64,000 nt of DNA from NCBI GenBank assembly GCA_964016885.1, contig OZ024741.1:219418001-219482000 (forward strand), given 5' to 3'. Every line of letters starts with the position of its first letter. Within the stretch, counting starts at the first letter, position 1. Source of the stretch: Eledone cirrhosa (Eukaryota). Shown here one piece after another: positions 15,001 through 29,573 of this stretch. A program made the position numbers and the translations under genes. The notes under the pieces were generated by a model that saw nothing but the letters and a program-made list of their open reading frames with translations, was not told the origin of the DNA and made no database searches.

Positions 15001-18000
15001 ATCTGTGGTGGTGGTCACTATATATAATGTTCTATATTTCTACCTCCCCTCCATATGTGGTGGTGGTCACTATATATAATGTTCTATATTTCTACCTCCC
15101 CTCCATCTGTGGTGGTGGTCACTATATATAATGTTCTATAGTTGTACCCCCCCCCCCCCCTCCATATGTGGTGGTGGTCACTATATATAATTTTCTATAT
15201 TTCTACCTCCCCCCTCCATCTGTGGTGGTGGTCACTATATATAATGCTCAGTATTTCTACCTCCCCCTCCATATGTGCTGGTGGTCACTATATATAATGT
15301 TCTATATTTCTACCTCCCCTCCTCCATCTGTGGTGGTGGCCCCTATATATAATGTTCTATATTTCTACCTCCCCCTCCATATGTGGTGTGTGGTCACTAT
15401 ATATAATGTTCTATATTTCTACCTCCCCCCTCCATCTGTGGTGGTGGTCCCTATATATAATGTTCTATATTTCTACCTCCCCTCCTCCATCTGTGGTGGT
15501 GGTCCCTATATATAATGTTCTATATTTCTACCTCCCCTCCTCCATCTGTGGTGGTGGTCCCTATATATAATGTTCTATATTTCTACCTCACCCTCCATCT
15601 GTGGTGGTGGTCACTATATATAATGTTCTATATTTCTACCTCCCCTCCTTCATCTGTGGTGGTGGTCCCTATATATAATGTTCTATATTTCTACCTCCCC
15701 TTCCATATGTGGTGGTGGTCACTATATATAATGTTCTATATTTCTACCTCCCCCTCCATATGTGCTGGTGGTCACTATATATAATGTTCTATATTTCTAC
15801 CTCCCCCTCCATATGTGGTGGTGGTCACTATATATAATGTTCTATATTCCTACCTCCCCCTCCATCTGTGGTCACTATATATAATGTTCTACCTCCCCCT
15901 TCCATCTGTGGTGGTGGTCACTATATATAATGTTCTATAGTTCTACCCCCCCTCCATATGTAGTGGTGGTCACTATATATAATGTTCTATATTTCTACCT
16001 CCCCCTCCATATGTGGTGGTGGTCACTATCTATAATGTTCTATATTTCTACCTCCCCCCTCCATATGTGCTGGTGGTCCCTATATATAATGTTCTATATT
16101 TCTACCTCCCCCTCCATATGTGGTGGTGGTCACTATATATAATGTTCTATATTTCTACCTCCCCCTCCATATGTGCTGGTGGTCACTATATATAATGTTC
16201 TATATTTCTACCTCCCCCTCCATATGTGCTGGTGGTCACTATATATAATGTTCTATATTTCTACCTCCCCCTCCATATGTGGTGGTGGTCACTATATATA
16301 ATGTTCTATATTTCTACCTCCCCCCTCCATATGTGCTGGTGGTCCCTATATATAATGTTCTATATTTCTACCTCCCCCTCCATATGTGGTGGTGGTCACT
16401 ATATATAATGTTCTATATTCCTACCTCCCCCTCCATCTGTGGTCACTATATATAATGTTCTACCTCCCCCTCCATCTGTGGTCACTATATATAATGTTCT
16501 ACCTCCCCCTTCCATCTGTGGTGGTGGTCACTATATATAATGTTCTACCTCCCCCCTCCATCTGTGGTGGTGGTCACTATATATAATGTTCTATATTCCT
16601 ACCTCCCCCTCCATCTGTGGTGGTGGTCACTATATATAATGTTCTACCTCCCCCCTCCATCTGTGCTGGTGGTCACTATATATAATGTTCTACCTCCCCC
16701 CTTCATCTGTGTGGTGGTCACTATATATAATGTTCTATATTTCTACCTCCCCCTCCATCTGTTCTGGTGGTCACTATATATAATGTTCTATATTTCTACC
16801 TCCTCCTCCATCTGTGGTGGTGGTCAATATATATAATGTTCTATATTTCTACCTCCCCCTCCATCTGTGGTGGTGGTCACTATATATAATGTTCTATATT
16901 TCTACCTCCCCCCTCCATCTGTGGTGGTGGTCACTATATATAATGTTCTATATTTCTACCTCCCCCTTCATCTGTGTGGTGGTCACTATATATAATGTTC
17001 TATATTTCTACCTCCCCCTCCATCTGTGGTGGTGGTCACTATATATAATGTTCTATATTTCTACCTCCCCCCTTCATCTGTGGTGGTAGTCACTATATAT
17101 AATGTTCTATATTTCTACCTCCCCCACCATCTGTGGTGGTGGTCACTATATATAATGTTCTATATTTCTACCTCCCCCCTTCATCTGTGGTGGTAGTCAC
17201 TATATATAATGTTCTATATTTCTACCTCCCCCCTCCATCTGTGGTGGTGGTCACTATATATAATGTTCTATATTTCTACCTCCCCCTCCATCTGTGGTGG
17301 TGGTCACTATATATAATGTTCTACCTCCCCCCTACATCTGTGCTGGTGGTCACTATATATAATGTTCTATACTTCTACCTCCCCCTCCATCTGTGGTCGT
17401 GGTCACTATATATAATGTTCTACCTCCCCCTCCATATGTGGTGGTGGTCACTGTATATAATGTTCTATATTTCTACCTCCCCCTTCCATCTGTGCTGGTG
17501 GTCACTATATATAATGTTCTACCCCCCCCTCCATCTGTGTAGGTGGTCATTATATATAATGTTCTACCTCCCCCCTACATCTGTGCTGGTGGTCACTATA
17601 TATAATGTTCTACCTCCCCCCTCCATATGTGGTGGTGGTCACTATATATAATGTTCTATATTTCTACCTCCCCCTCCATCTGTGGTGGTGGTCACTATAT
17701 ATAATGTTCTATATTTCTACCTCCCCCTCCATCTGTGGTGGTGGTCACTATATATAATGTTCTATATTTCTACCTCCCACTCCATCTGTGCAGGTGGTCA
17801 ATATATATAATGTTCTATATTTCTACCTCCCCCTCCATCTGTGGTGGTGGTCACTATATATAATGTTCTATATTTCTACCTCCCCCTCCATCTGTGGTGG
17901 TGGTCACTATATATAATGTTCTATATTTCTACCTCCCCCTCCATCTGTGGTGGTGGTCACTATATATAATATTCTATATTTCTACCTCCCCCCCATATGT

Positions 18001-21000
18001 GGTGGTGGTCACTATAAATAATGTTCTATATTTCTACCTCCCCCTCCATATGTGGTGGTGGTCACTATATATAATGTTCTATATTTCTACCTCCCCCCCC
18101 ATCTGTGGTGGTGGTCATTATATATAATGTTCTATATTTCTACCTCCCCCTCCATCTGTGGTGGTGGTCACTATATATAATGTTCTATATTTCTACCTCC
18201 CACTCCATCTGTGCAGGTGGTCACTATATATAATGTTCTATATTTCTACCTCCCCCTCCATATGTGGTGGTGGTCACTATATATAATGTTCTATATTTCT
18301 ACCTCCCCCTCCATATGTGGTGGTGTTCACTATATATAATGTTCTATACTTCTACCTCCCCCTCCATCTGTGCTGGTGGTCACTATATATAATGTTCTAT
18401 ATTCCTACCTCCCCCTCCATCTGTGGTGGTGTTCACTATATATAATGTTCTATATTCCTACCTCCCCCTCCATCTGTGGTGGTGGTCACTATATATAATG
18501 TTTTACCTCCCCCTTCCATCTGTGCTGGTGGTCACTATATATAATGTTCTACCTCCCCCCTCCATCTGTGGTGGTGGTCACTATATATAATGTTCAATAT
18601 TCCTACCTCCCCCTCCATCTGTGGTGGTGGTCACTATATATAATGTTCTACCTCCCCCCTCCATCTGTGTGGTCGTCACTATATATAATGTTCTATATTT
18701 CTACCTCCCCCTCCATCTGTCCTGGTGGTCACTATATATAATGTTCTATATTTCTACCTCCCCCTCCATCTGTGCTGGTGGCCACTATATATAATGTTCT
18801 ATATTTCTACCTCCCCCTCCATCTGTGGTGGTGGTCACTATATATAATGTTCTATATTTCTACCTCCCCCCTCCATCTGTGCTGGTGGTCACTATATATA
18901 ATGTTCTATATTTCTACCTCCCCCTCCATCTGTGGTGGTGGTCAATATATATAATGTTCTATATTTCTACCTCCCCCTCCATCTGTGGTGGTGGTCACTA
19001 TATATAATGTTCTATATTTCTACATCCCCCCTCCATCTGTGCTGGTGGTCACTATATATAATGTTCTATATTTCTACCTCCCCCCTCCATCTGTGCTGGT
19101 GGTCACTATATATAATGTTCTATATTTCTACCTCCCCCCTCCATCTGTGGTGGTCACTATATATAATGTTCTATATTTCTACCTCCTCCCCTCCATCTGT
19201 GGTGGTGGTCACTATATATAATGTTCTATATTTCTATCTCCCCCTCCATATGTGGTGGTGGTCACTATATATAATGTTCTATATTTCTACATCCACCCCT
19301 CCATCTGTGGTGGTGGTCACTATATATAATGTTCTATATTTCTATCTCCCCCTCCATATGTGGTGGTGGTCACTATATATAATGTTCTATATTTCTACCT
19401 CCCACTCCATCTGTGCAGGTGGTCAATATATATAATGTTCTATATTTCTACCTCCCCCTCCATCTGTGGTGGTGGTCACTATATATAATGTTCTATATTT
19501 CTACCTCCCCCTCCATCTGTGGTGGTGGTCACTATATATAATGTTCTATATTTCTACCTCCCCCTCCATCTGTGGTGGTGGTCACTATATATAATATTCT
19601 ATATTTCTACCTCCCCCCCATATGTGGTGGTGGTCACTATAAATAATGTTCTATATTTCTACCTCCCCCTCCATATGTGGTGGTGGTCACTATATATAAT
19701 GTTCTATATTTCTACCTCCCCCCCCATCTGTGGTGGTGGTCATTATATATAATGTTCTATATTTCTACCTCCCCCTCCATCTGTGGTGGTGGTCACTATA
19801 TATAATGTTCTATATTTCTACCTCCCACTCCATCTGTGCAGGTGGTCACTATATATAATGTTCTATATTTCTACCTCCCCCTCCATATGTGGTGGTGGTC
19901 ACTATATATAATGTTCTATATTTCTACCTCCCCCTCCATATGTGGTGGTGTTCACTATATATAATGTTCTATACTTCTACCTCCCCCTCCATCTGTGCTG
20001 GTGGTCACTATATATAATGTTCTATATTCCTACCTCCCCCTCCATCTGTGGTGGTGTTCACTATATATAATGTTCTATATTCCTACCTCCCCCTCCATCT
20101 GTGGTGGTGGTCACTATATATAATGTTTTACCTCCCCCTTCCATCTGTGCTGGTGGTCACTATATATAATGTTCTACCTCCCCCCTCCATCTGTGGTGGT
20201 GGTCACTATATATAATGTTCAATATTCCTACCTCCCCCTCCATCTGTGGTGGTGGTCACTATATATAATGTTCTACCTCCCCCCTCCATCTGTGTGGTCG
20301 TCACTATATATAATGTTCTATATTTCTACCTCCCCCTCCATCTGTCCTGGTGGTCACTATATATAATGTTCTATATTTCTACCTCCCCCTCCATCTGTGC
20401 TGGTGGCCACTATATATAATGTTCTATATTTCTACCTCCCCCTCCATCTGTGGTGGTGGTCACTATATATAATGTTCTATATTTCTACCTCCCCCCTCCA
20501 TCTGTGCTGGTGGTCACTATATATAATGTTCTATATTTCTACCTCCCCCTCCATCTGTGGTGGTGGTCAATATATATAATGTTCTATATTTCTACCTCCC
20601 CCTCCATCTGTGGTGGTGGTCACTATATATAATGTTCTATATTTCTACATCCCCCCTCCATCTGTGCTGGTGGTCACTATATATAATGTTCTATATTTCT
20701 ACCTCCCCCCTCCATCTGTGCTGGTGGTCACTATATATAATGTTCTATATTTCTACCTCCCCCCTCCATCTGTGGTGGTCACTATATATAATGTTCTATA
20801 TTTCTACCTCCTCCCCTCCATCTGTGGTGGTGGTCACTATATATAATGTTCTATATTTCTATCTCCCCCTCCATATGTGGTGGTGGTCACTATATATAAT
20901 GTTCTATATTTCTACATCCACCCCTCCATCTGTGGTGGTGGTCACTATATATAATGTTCTATATTTCTACCTCCCCCTCCATCTATGGTGGTGGTCACTA

Positions 21001-24000
21001 TATATAATTTTCTATATTTCTACCTCCCCCTCCATATGTGGTTGTGGTCACTATATATAATGTTCTATATTTCTACCTCCCCCCTCCATTTGTGCTGGTG
21101 GTCACTATATATAATGTTCTATATTTCTACCTCCCCCTCCATCTGTGCTGGTGGCCACTATATATAATATTCTATATTTCTACCTCCCCCTTCCATCTGT
21201 GCTGGTGGTCACTATATATAATGTTCTACCTCCCCCCTCCATCTGTGGTGGTGGTCACTATATATAATGTTCTATATTTCTACCTCCCCCCTCCATCTAT
21301 GGTGGTGGTCACTATATATAATGTTCTATACTTCTACCTCCCCCCTCCATATGTGGTGGTAGTCCCTATATATAATGTTCTATATTTCTACCTCCCCCTC
21401 CATCTATGGTGGTGGTCACTATATATAATGTTCTATATTTCTACCTCCCTCCTCCATATGTGGTGGTGGTCACTATATATAATGTTCTATATTTCTACCT
21501 CCCCCCTCCATCTGTGGTGGTGGTCACTATATATAATGTTCTATATTTCTACCTCCCCCCTCCATCTGTGGTGGTGGTCACTATATATGATGTTCTATAT
21601 TTCTACCTCCCCCTCCATCTGTGGTGGTGGTCACTATATATAATATTCTATATTTCTACCTCGCCCCCATATGTGGTGGTGGTCACTATAAATAATGTTC
21701 TATATTTCTACCTCCCCCTCCATATGTGGTGGTGGTCACTATATATAATGTTCTATATTTCTACCTCCCCCTCAATCTGTGGTGGTGGTCCCTATATATA
21801 ATGTTCTATATTTCTACGTCCCCCCTCCATCTGTGGTGGTAGTCACTATATATAATGTTCTATATTTCTACGTTCCCCCTCCATCTGTGGTGGTGGTCAC
21901 TATATATAATGTTCTATATTTCTACCTCCCCCTTCCATCTGTGCTGGTGCTCACTATATATAATGTTCTACCTCCCCACTCCATCTGTGGTGGTGGTCAC
22001 TATATATAATGTTCCATATTCCTACCTCCCCCTCCATCTGTGGTGGTGGTCACTATATATAATGTTCTACCTCCCCCCTCCATCTGTGGTGGTGGTCACT
22101 ATATATAATGTTCTATATTTCTACCTCCCCCCTTCATCTGTGTGGTGGTCACTATATATAATGTTCTATATTTCTACCTCCCCCACCATCTGTGGTGGTG
22201 GTCACTATATATAATTTTCTATATTTCTACCTCCCCCTCCATCTGTGGTGGTGGTCACTATATATAATGTTCTATATTTCTACCTCCCCCCTCCATCTGT
22301 GGTGGTGGTCACTATATATAATGTTCTATATTTCTACCTCCCCCTCCATCTATGGTGGTGGTCACTATATATAATGTTCTATATTTCTACCTCCCCCTCC
22401 ATCTGTGCTGGTGGTCACTATATATAATGTTCTATACTTCTACCTCCCCCCTCCATATGTGGTGGTAGTCCCTATATATAATGTTCTATATTTCTACCTC
22501 CCCCTCCATCTATGGTGGTGGTCACTATATATAATGTTCTATATTTCTACCTCCCCCCTCCATCTGTGGTGGTGGTCACTATATATAATGTTCTATATTT
22601 CTACCTCCCCCTCCATCTGTGGTGGTGGTCACTATATATAATGTTCTATATTTCTACCTCCCCCTCCATCTATGGTGGTGGTCACTATATATAATGTTCT
22701 ATATTTCTACCTCCCCCTCCATCTGTGGTGGTGGTCACTATATATAATGTTCTATATTTCTACCTCCCCCTCCATCTGTGGTGGTGGTCACTATATATAA
22801 TGTTCTATATTTCTACCTCCCCCTCCATCTGTGGTGGTGGTCACTATATATAATGTTCTATATTTCTACATCCCCCCCTCCATATGTGGTGGTGGTCACT
22901 ATATATAATGTTCTATATTTCTACCTCCGCCCTCCATCTGTGGTGGTGGTCACTATATATGATGTTCTATATTTCTACCTCCCCCTCCATCTGTGGTGGT
23001 GGTCACTATATATAATGTTGTATATTTCTATCTCCCCCTCCATCTTTGGTGGTGGTCACTATATATAATGTTCTATATTTCTACCTCCCCTCCATCTGTG
23101 ATGGTGGTCACTATATATAATGTTCTATATTTCTACCTCACCCCCATATGTGATGGTGGTCACTATATATAATGTTCTATATTTCTACCTCCCCCTCCAT
23201 ATGTGGTGGTGGTCACTATATATAATGTTCTATATTTCTACCTCCCCCTCCATCTGTGTTGGTGGTCCCTATATATAATGTTCTATATTTCTACCTCCCC
23301 CCTCCATCTGTGGTGGTGGTCACTATATATAATGTTCTATATTTCTACCTCCCCCTCCATATGTGGTGGTGGTCACTATATATAATGTTAAATATTTCTA
23401 CCTCCCCCTCCATCTGTGGTGGTGGTCACTATATATAATGTTCTATATTTCTACCTCCCCCTCCATCTGTGGTGGTGGTCACTATATATCATGTTCTATA
23501 TTTCTACCTCCCCCTCCATCTATGGTGGTGGTCACTATATATAATGTTCTATACTTCTACCTCCCCCCTCCATATGTGGTGGTAGTACCTATATATAATG
23601 TTCTATATTTCTACCTCCCCCTCCATCTATGGTGGTGGTCACTATATATAATGTTCTATATTTCTACCTCCCCCCTCCATCTGTGGTGGTGGTCACTGTA
23701 TATAATGTTCTATATTTCTACCTCCCCCTTCCATCTGTGCTGGTGGTCACTATATATAATGTTCTACCTCCCCCCTCCATCTGTGGTGGTGGTCACTATA
23801 TATAATGTTCTATATTCCTACCTCCCCCTCCATCTGTGGTGGTGGTCACTATATATAATGTTCTACCTCCCCCCCTCCATCTGTGCTGGTGGTCACTATA
23901 TATAATGTTCTACCTCCCCCCTTCATCTGTGTGGTGGTCACTATATATAATGTTCTATATTTCTACCTCCCCCTCCATCTGTTGTGGTGGTCACTATATA

Positions 24001-25660
24001 TAATGTTATATATTTCTACCTCCCCCTCCATCTGTGGTGGTGGTCACTATATATAATGTTCTATATTTCTACCTCCCCCCTCCATCTGTGCTGGTGGTCA
24101 CTATATATAATGTTCTATATTTCTACCTCCCCCTCCATCTGTGGTGGTGGTCAATATATATAATGTTCTATATTTCTACCTCCCCCCTCCATCTGTGGTG
24201 GTGGTCACTATATATAATGTTCTATATTTCTACCTCCCCCTCCATCTGTGGTGGTGGTCAATATATATAATGTTCTATATTTCTACCTCCCCCCTCCATC
24301 TGTGGTGGTGGTCACTATATATAATGTTCTATATTTCTACCTCCCCCTCCATCTGTGGTGGTGGTCACTATATATGATGTTATATATTTCTACCTCCCCC
24401 CCTCCATCTGTGGTGGTGGTCACTATATATAATGTTCTATATTTCTACCTCCCCCCTCCATATGTGATGGTGGTCACTATATATAATGTTCTATATTTCT
24501 ACCTCCCCCCTCCATCTGTGGTGGTGGTCACTATATATGATGTTCTATATTTCTACCTCCCCCCTCCATCTGTGGTGGTGGTCACTATATATAATGTTCT
24601 ATATTTCTACCTCCCCCCTTCATATGTGGTGGTGGTCACTATATATAATGTTCTATATTTCTACCTCCCCCCTCCATATGTGGTGGTGGTCACTATATAT
24701 AATGTTCTATATTTCTACCTCCCCCCTCCATCTGTGGTGGTGGTCACTATATATAATGTTCTATATTTCTACCTCCCCCTCCATCTGTGGAGGTGGTCAC
24801 TATATATAATGTTCTATATTTCTACCCCCCCCTTCCATCTGTGGTGGTGGTCACTATATATGATGTTCTATATTTCTACCTCCCCCTCCATCTGTGGTAG
24901 TGGTAACTATATATAATGTTCTATATTTCTACCTCCCCCCTCCATCTGTGGTGGTGGTCACTATATATAATGTTCTATATTTCTACCTCCCCCTCCATCT
25001 GTGGTGGTGGTCACTATATATAATGTTCTATATTTCTACCTCCCCCTCCATCTGTGGTGGTGGTCACTATATATAATGTTCTATATTTCTACCTCCCCCT
25101 CCATCTGTGGTGGTGGTCACTATATATAATGTTCTATATTTCTACCTCCCCCTCTATCTGTGGTAGTGGTCACTTTATATAATGTTCTATATTTCTACCT
25201 CCCCCTCCATCTGTGCTGGTGGTCACTATATATAATGTTCTATATTTTTACCTCCCCCTCCATCTGTGTTGGTGGTCACTATATATAATGTTCTACCTCC
25301 CCCCTTCATCTGTGTGGTGGTCACTATATATAATGTTCTATATTTCTACCACCCCCCTCCATATGTGGTGGTGGTCACTATATATAATGTTCTATATTTC
25401 TACCTCCTCCCTCCATCTGCACTGGTGGTCACTATATATAATCTTCTAAATTTCTACCTCCCCTCTCCATATGTGTTGGTGGCCACTATATATAATGTTC
25501 TATATTTCTACCTCCCCCTCCATCTGTGGTGGTGGTCACTATATATAATGTTCTATATTTGTACCTCCCCCTCCATCTGTGGTGGTGGTCACTATATATA
25601 ATGTTCTATATTTCTACCTCCCCCCTCCATCTGTGGTGTTGGTCACTATATATATAATGT
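1..25660. repeat. 53/54-bp minisatellite array (CCATCTGTGGTGGTGGTCACTATATATAATGTTCTATATTTCTACCTCCCCCT), begins upstream of the window
   Basis: Continuous tandem monomers with a variable C-run. Shorter variants lack 9 bp between the two TTCTA motifs. Interrupted once by a SINE near 10732. Confidence 0.98.
10732..10917 (-). mobile_element. Full-length tRNA-derived SINE inserted in the minisatellite
   Basis: Minus strand has A-box-like TGGCAGTATCGG, B-box GAGTTCAAATCC, central CTTTGCCTTTCATCCTTACGGGGTCGATAAAATAAAGTACC (Meta-domain-like) and 3' end GTAGAAACAATTA. Flanked by ~20-bp TGG(T/G)GGTCACTATATATAAT on both sides. Confidence 0.92.
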
Positions 25661-25733
25661 TCTATATGTCCATATTCGGTGGTGGTCGCCATGTTTGATG
25701 TTACAAGTATATTTGTTATTCTCATCTTCACAG

Positions 25734-25846
25734 TATCTCCAGTTGATAACTGACAAAGACTACATCATTAACACGATAACTAGAGCTTGCTGTCAACTGT
25801 ATGATGAATATTTTGTCAAGGAGAAAGTTGAAAAACCACTTATTGC
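25734..25846 (+). CDS. Candidate internal exon of an unidentified host gene (YLQLITDKDYIINTITRACCQLYDEYFVKEKVEKPLI)
   Basis: Unique sequence with acceptor TTCTCATCTTCACAG and donor GTAAGT. 113 nt, open in phase 0, ends in phase 2. Confidence 0.55.
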
Positions 25847-25856
25847 GTAAGTTCAC

Positions 25857-27808
25857 TATTATTATTATTATTTTTCTTTGAGTCTCAGTCATTGATGTTA
25901 TTTAACTGGAAAGTTTGTTGAAATGAATATCAAGCCGATACCTGCAGTCTCAGATATTCAGGATGTATCGGAGGGTTCTTGCTGTTCCCAGCAAGCATGC
26001 CTTTTGAAGTGTTCCAAAAAGTGGGGCTGGACTAATCTTCTTTAACCATACTTGGAAACTCTTTGAGATAGTACCTAGTGCGCCTATGACAGTCGGGACG
26101 ACCTTGATTTCATGGCAGTTCCAAATCCTTTTTACCTCCCACTTTAAGTCCTGGTATCGGTTTATTTTCTTCCTCTCCTTTTCTTGCACTCTCGTGTCAA
26201 ATGGGCAGGCTACATCTACAATCAGGCACAATCTTTTTTCTTTGTCCAAAACCACCAGGTCAGGCCTATTATGTTCTAATTTCTTGTCCGTCTGTATCCT
26301 AAAATCCCATAGCACCTTCACCTGATCGTTTTCTATCACCGTCTCTGGCTTATGCTCATACCACTTCTCAGAATGTGGTAAATTGTTTACTTTGCATAGA
26401 TGCCAGTGGATCACCCTGCCCATCACATCATGTCTCCAGCCTTTACAGTGAGTCTGGGCTAGGTGTTTACACTCGGATACAATGTGAGCCACGGTCTCCT
26501 CTCTCTCTCCACAGATCCTACACAATGAGCTAGCCTCCTCCTTGTTAATATGGTGTTTCACCCACTTCGTTCTGAGGGCTTGCTCTTGTGCAGCCATTAG
26601 CATTCCTTCCGTAGCCTTTTTAAGGTCTCCTCTTTTTAACCAGTTCCATGTCTGTGGATCTCTAAATTCCGTTTTCTTAAAGAAGGTACTATGAAGGGAT
26701 TTTTCATGAAGGTTGCTCTTCCTCCTTGTTATTTTCTCCTTGGACATTCCCTGGTCTATTGTCTCCTCCTTCAATTTTGAGCATTGGCTCCCTACTGTCA
26801 GTCACATATTTGTGCAGGTTGTTTTTCTCCATCTGAACACAGTCCTCTATGCTGATAAGACCTCTTCCACCTTCAGATCTCTTTAAGTAGCGTCTATCGA
26901 CAGCACTCCTCTCGTGGAACATGTTGTAGATAGTCAATAGCTTCCTAGTCTTCCTATCCATTTCTTTTTGTTCAGCAACATTCCATTTCAGAATTCCCGC
27001 ACTGTACCTAATAATAGACACAGCTCGGGAATTTACTGCACTTATAGCATTCCTACTGTTCAGATGTGACTTTAATACGCTCAGGGGTATCAGGGCAAGG
27101 ACAAACAACAGAGGGGACAGACTATCTCCCTGGAAGATACCTCTCTTGATCTTCACGCCTCCCAAGGATTCTCCAGCTGATGTTAACTCTGTTTTCCAGG
27201 ACTTCATACTTTTGCTCAACAACTGTCTGATGTTATCTGCCACCTTGAAGATCTCTAGGCTTTTGGTGATCCAAGAATGAGGCACCATGTCAAATGCCTT
27301 TTTGTAGTCTATCCATCCCATGGCAAGACCAGTGTGTCTCCTCTTGCAATTCCTCATTACCATCTTATCAATAAGTAACTGGTCCTTTTTACCACGGGAC
27401 TTCTTTCGGCATCCTTTCTGTTCGTCCGGTAACAAGTTGTTTGTGTGGAGGTGATGGTAGATTTCCTCAGACACAATGCTTGTCAACAGTTTCCACATTA
27501 CGGACAGACATGTGATAGGTCTATAGTTGGTAACATCATTACCCTTGATTCGGTCTTTCATTACCAGAACTGTGGTACCTTTTGTCAACCACTCTGGTAC
27601 CTCACCTGACATCAAGCAGTCATTGAACATGGTTGTCAGTTTCAGGTGGAGGGATGTTATATTTTTAATCCAATACCCCTGCACACCATCTGGGCCTGGT
27701 GATTTCCCGTTGGTTAGTTTTTTGGCCTGCCCATTAATAGTTTCAACTGTGATACTCAAATCAGTTTGTTGGTGTGCCTGTTCACTAATCTCCTTTTGTA
27801 TTTTTATT
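25857..27808 (-). mobile_element. Dong/R4-clade non-LTR retrotransposon (RT + CCHC + restriction-like endonuclease), 5'-truncated and internally deleted
   Basis: RT motifs KSPGPDG, NYRPITCL, IDYKKAFD and GIFQGDSLSP; zinc knuckle CRICG..ETVAHIVSEC; RHD; RLE motifs RPDLV and DVACP. Frameshift near 26770. (TAA)n at both ends. Confidence 0.9.
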
Positions 27809-27809
27809 A

Positions 27810-27845
<36 letters not shown>

Positions 27846-28067
27846 GGCGACCTACGTAGGAAATCGTATTATCGTGAGCGCCACAAAGGTTTGTTTTTTC
27901 AGTTGTTTCAAATTGCCAGTTATGGAAAATTTTTGTTGTTAAGTGTTTATAAGTTCACATATATTGCTTTCTGAAAAGGTGACTCAATAATATTGGGGCC
28001 TTGAATCCAAAATTTAAACTTTTATTTATCAAACAAAATATTTCTTTGAAAAAAAACATGGACTACA

Positions 28068-29539
28068 AATCTCTTGTTTCTAACAGACTAACATCCCCCA
28101 CCACCATTGTAAACCTTGCCACAGTTGCCAACACTGAAAATATAATTAATAGCAGTCTCAATTATTTAAATTTCCTGCATACAGACATGGATTTCCCGCC
28201 ATTACCAACAACTACAGGTGTTAAAGCCGCCATCCCCACCTTCACAATGTCAAAAAGAACAACCAACTCCACTGATACCACCATCACCACAGCGACAACA
28301 GAAACAAAAAATAAATTATTATCTTGTGACATCAAAATGGATTCACCCAGAATCGACTTCCACGCCAAACACCACTGACACCACAACCAAAACTGAAACT
28401 AAAAATAACAATAACAACAACAGCAACAACAACAACAATGAGAATAACAACAAAAACATCAACACCAGCGCAAAACATAATGTGCCGCTTGCCAAAGCAG
28501 CCAAGAAAAGCGAAACAATCGAGGTAAGCCAGGATGAATTGAATGAAGCCAAGCGAATGGTAAAAAAAGATGGGTACAGGGTCAGCCTCACCCCCACCCC
28601 CCATCTAATAAAATGGAGCAACGGCGCCTATGCATTGTGTCATACCGGACGATAAACACAAAATCACGCCGAGTGGAACGGGCATCTGAGTCCCAGATAC
28701 AAAAAACTTCGGGACATGTGTGGGTGCAAAAAACTCACATCAGATGTCGGCAGAAATATGGAATCGTGGACGTGTTCTTTGGAACCCCACAGGAAGCCAG
28801 AGAGCAGTTCATGGCCTCATTAAGAAGTGACGAGTTCACACTCGTCCCAAGCTATTGTGGTCAGAGACTTGTGAAGATCAGGGTAACCCAGGTTCCGCCG
28901 GCCATTGAAATTCCCTGGCTAATGGCTGCCGTCCTTGCCGACATCGAGGCCAGCACTAAAGTAATTGAGGTAACAAAAGAAAAGCAGGAGAACTGGTCCG
29001 GATCTGGGATGGAGCTCCTGATCCAAGCGGAGCAAAAAAACATAGAGGAAATTCCAGAGGTGATAGACCTCAATGTCGGCAGCCACCTCACCGTAAACCT
29101 TGAGGGTAGAAGGCCTAGGTGTGTCATTTGTGGCGAAGGAACCCACCTAAAGGCTTTCTGCCCTCAGGCTAAAAAGTTGAGGCCACCTCTCCTACCCATC
29201 CCAGTGACTCAACCATCAAAACCAGCAGCAGAAATGGCAGCAACAACAGAAGCAACTGTAGCAGCAACAGTAACAAAACCAACACCACCACCACCCACCG
29301 TGCCAGAATTAGCACCAGCGCCTCCACCATCCACCACGCCACAACCAAAACCAACGCCTGTGGAGGATTTTCCACTCCCCGACCTATCGCAACCGGAGAC
29401 AGATTGTGACAACGAGGAGGAGTGGGAAACTGTATCTGGAAAAAAGAAAAAAAAGATTTATAAAGACATCCTTCTGGAGGAGGCCACAAGCAGTGAGAAG
29501 GACGGAAAAACCATCTTTCCTCCACGAGAAGTGAGGTAA
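28068..29539 (+). pseudogene. Tx1-type ORF1 (gag-like nucleic-acid-binding protein), frameshifted
   Basis: Overlapping ORFs 28001-28378, 28218-28655 and 28613-29539. Contains CVICGEGTHLKAFC knuckle, Pro/Thr-rich linker and WETVSGKKKKK motif. Confidence 0.75.
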
Positions 29540-29573
29540 GTGGTCTTTCCCATTTTTTTCACTCCTTTTCAAC

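Noticed and set aside
1-25660. CRISPR-like array or repetitive membrane-protein ORFs
   Set aside because: Monomers are directly adjacent with no unique spacers and there are no cas genes. ORFs shift frame at random with C-run length.
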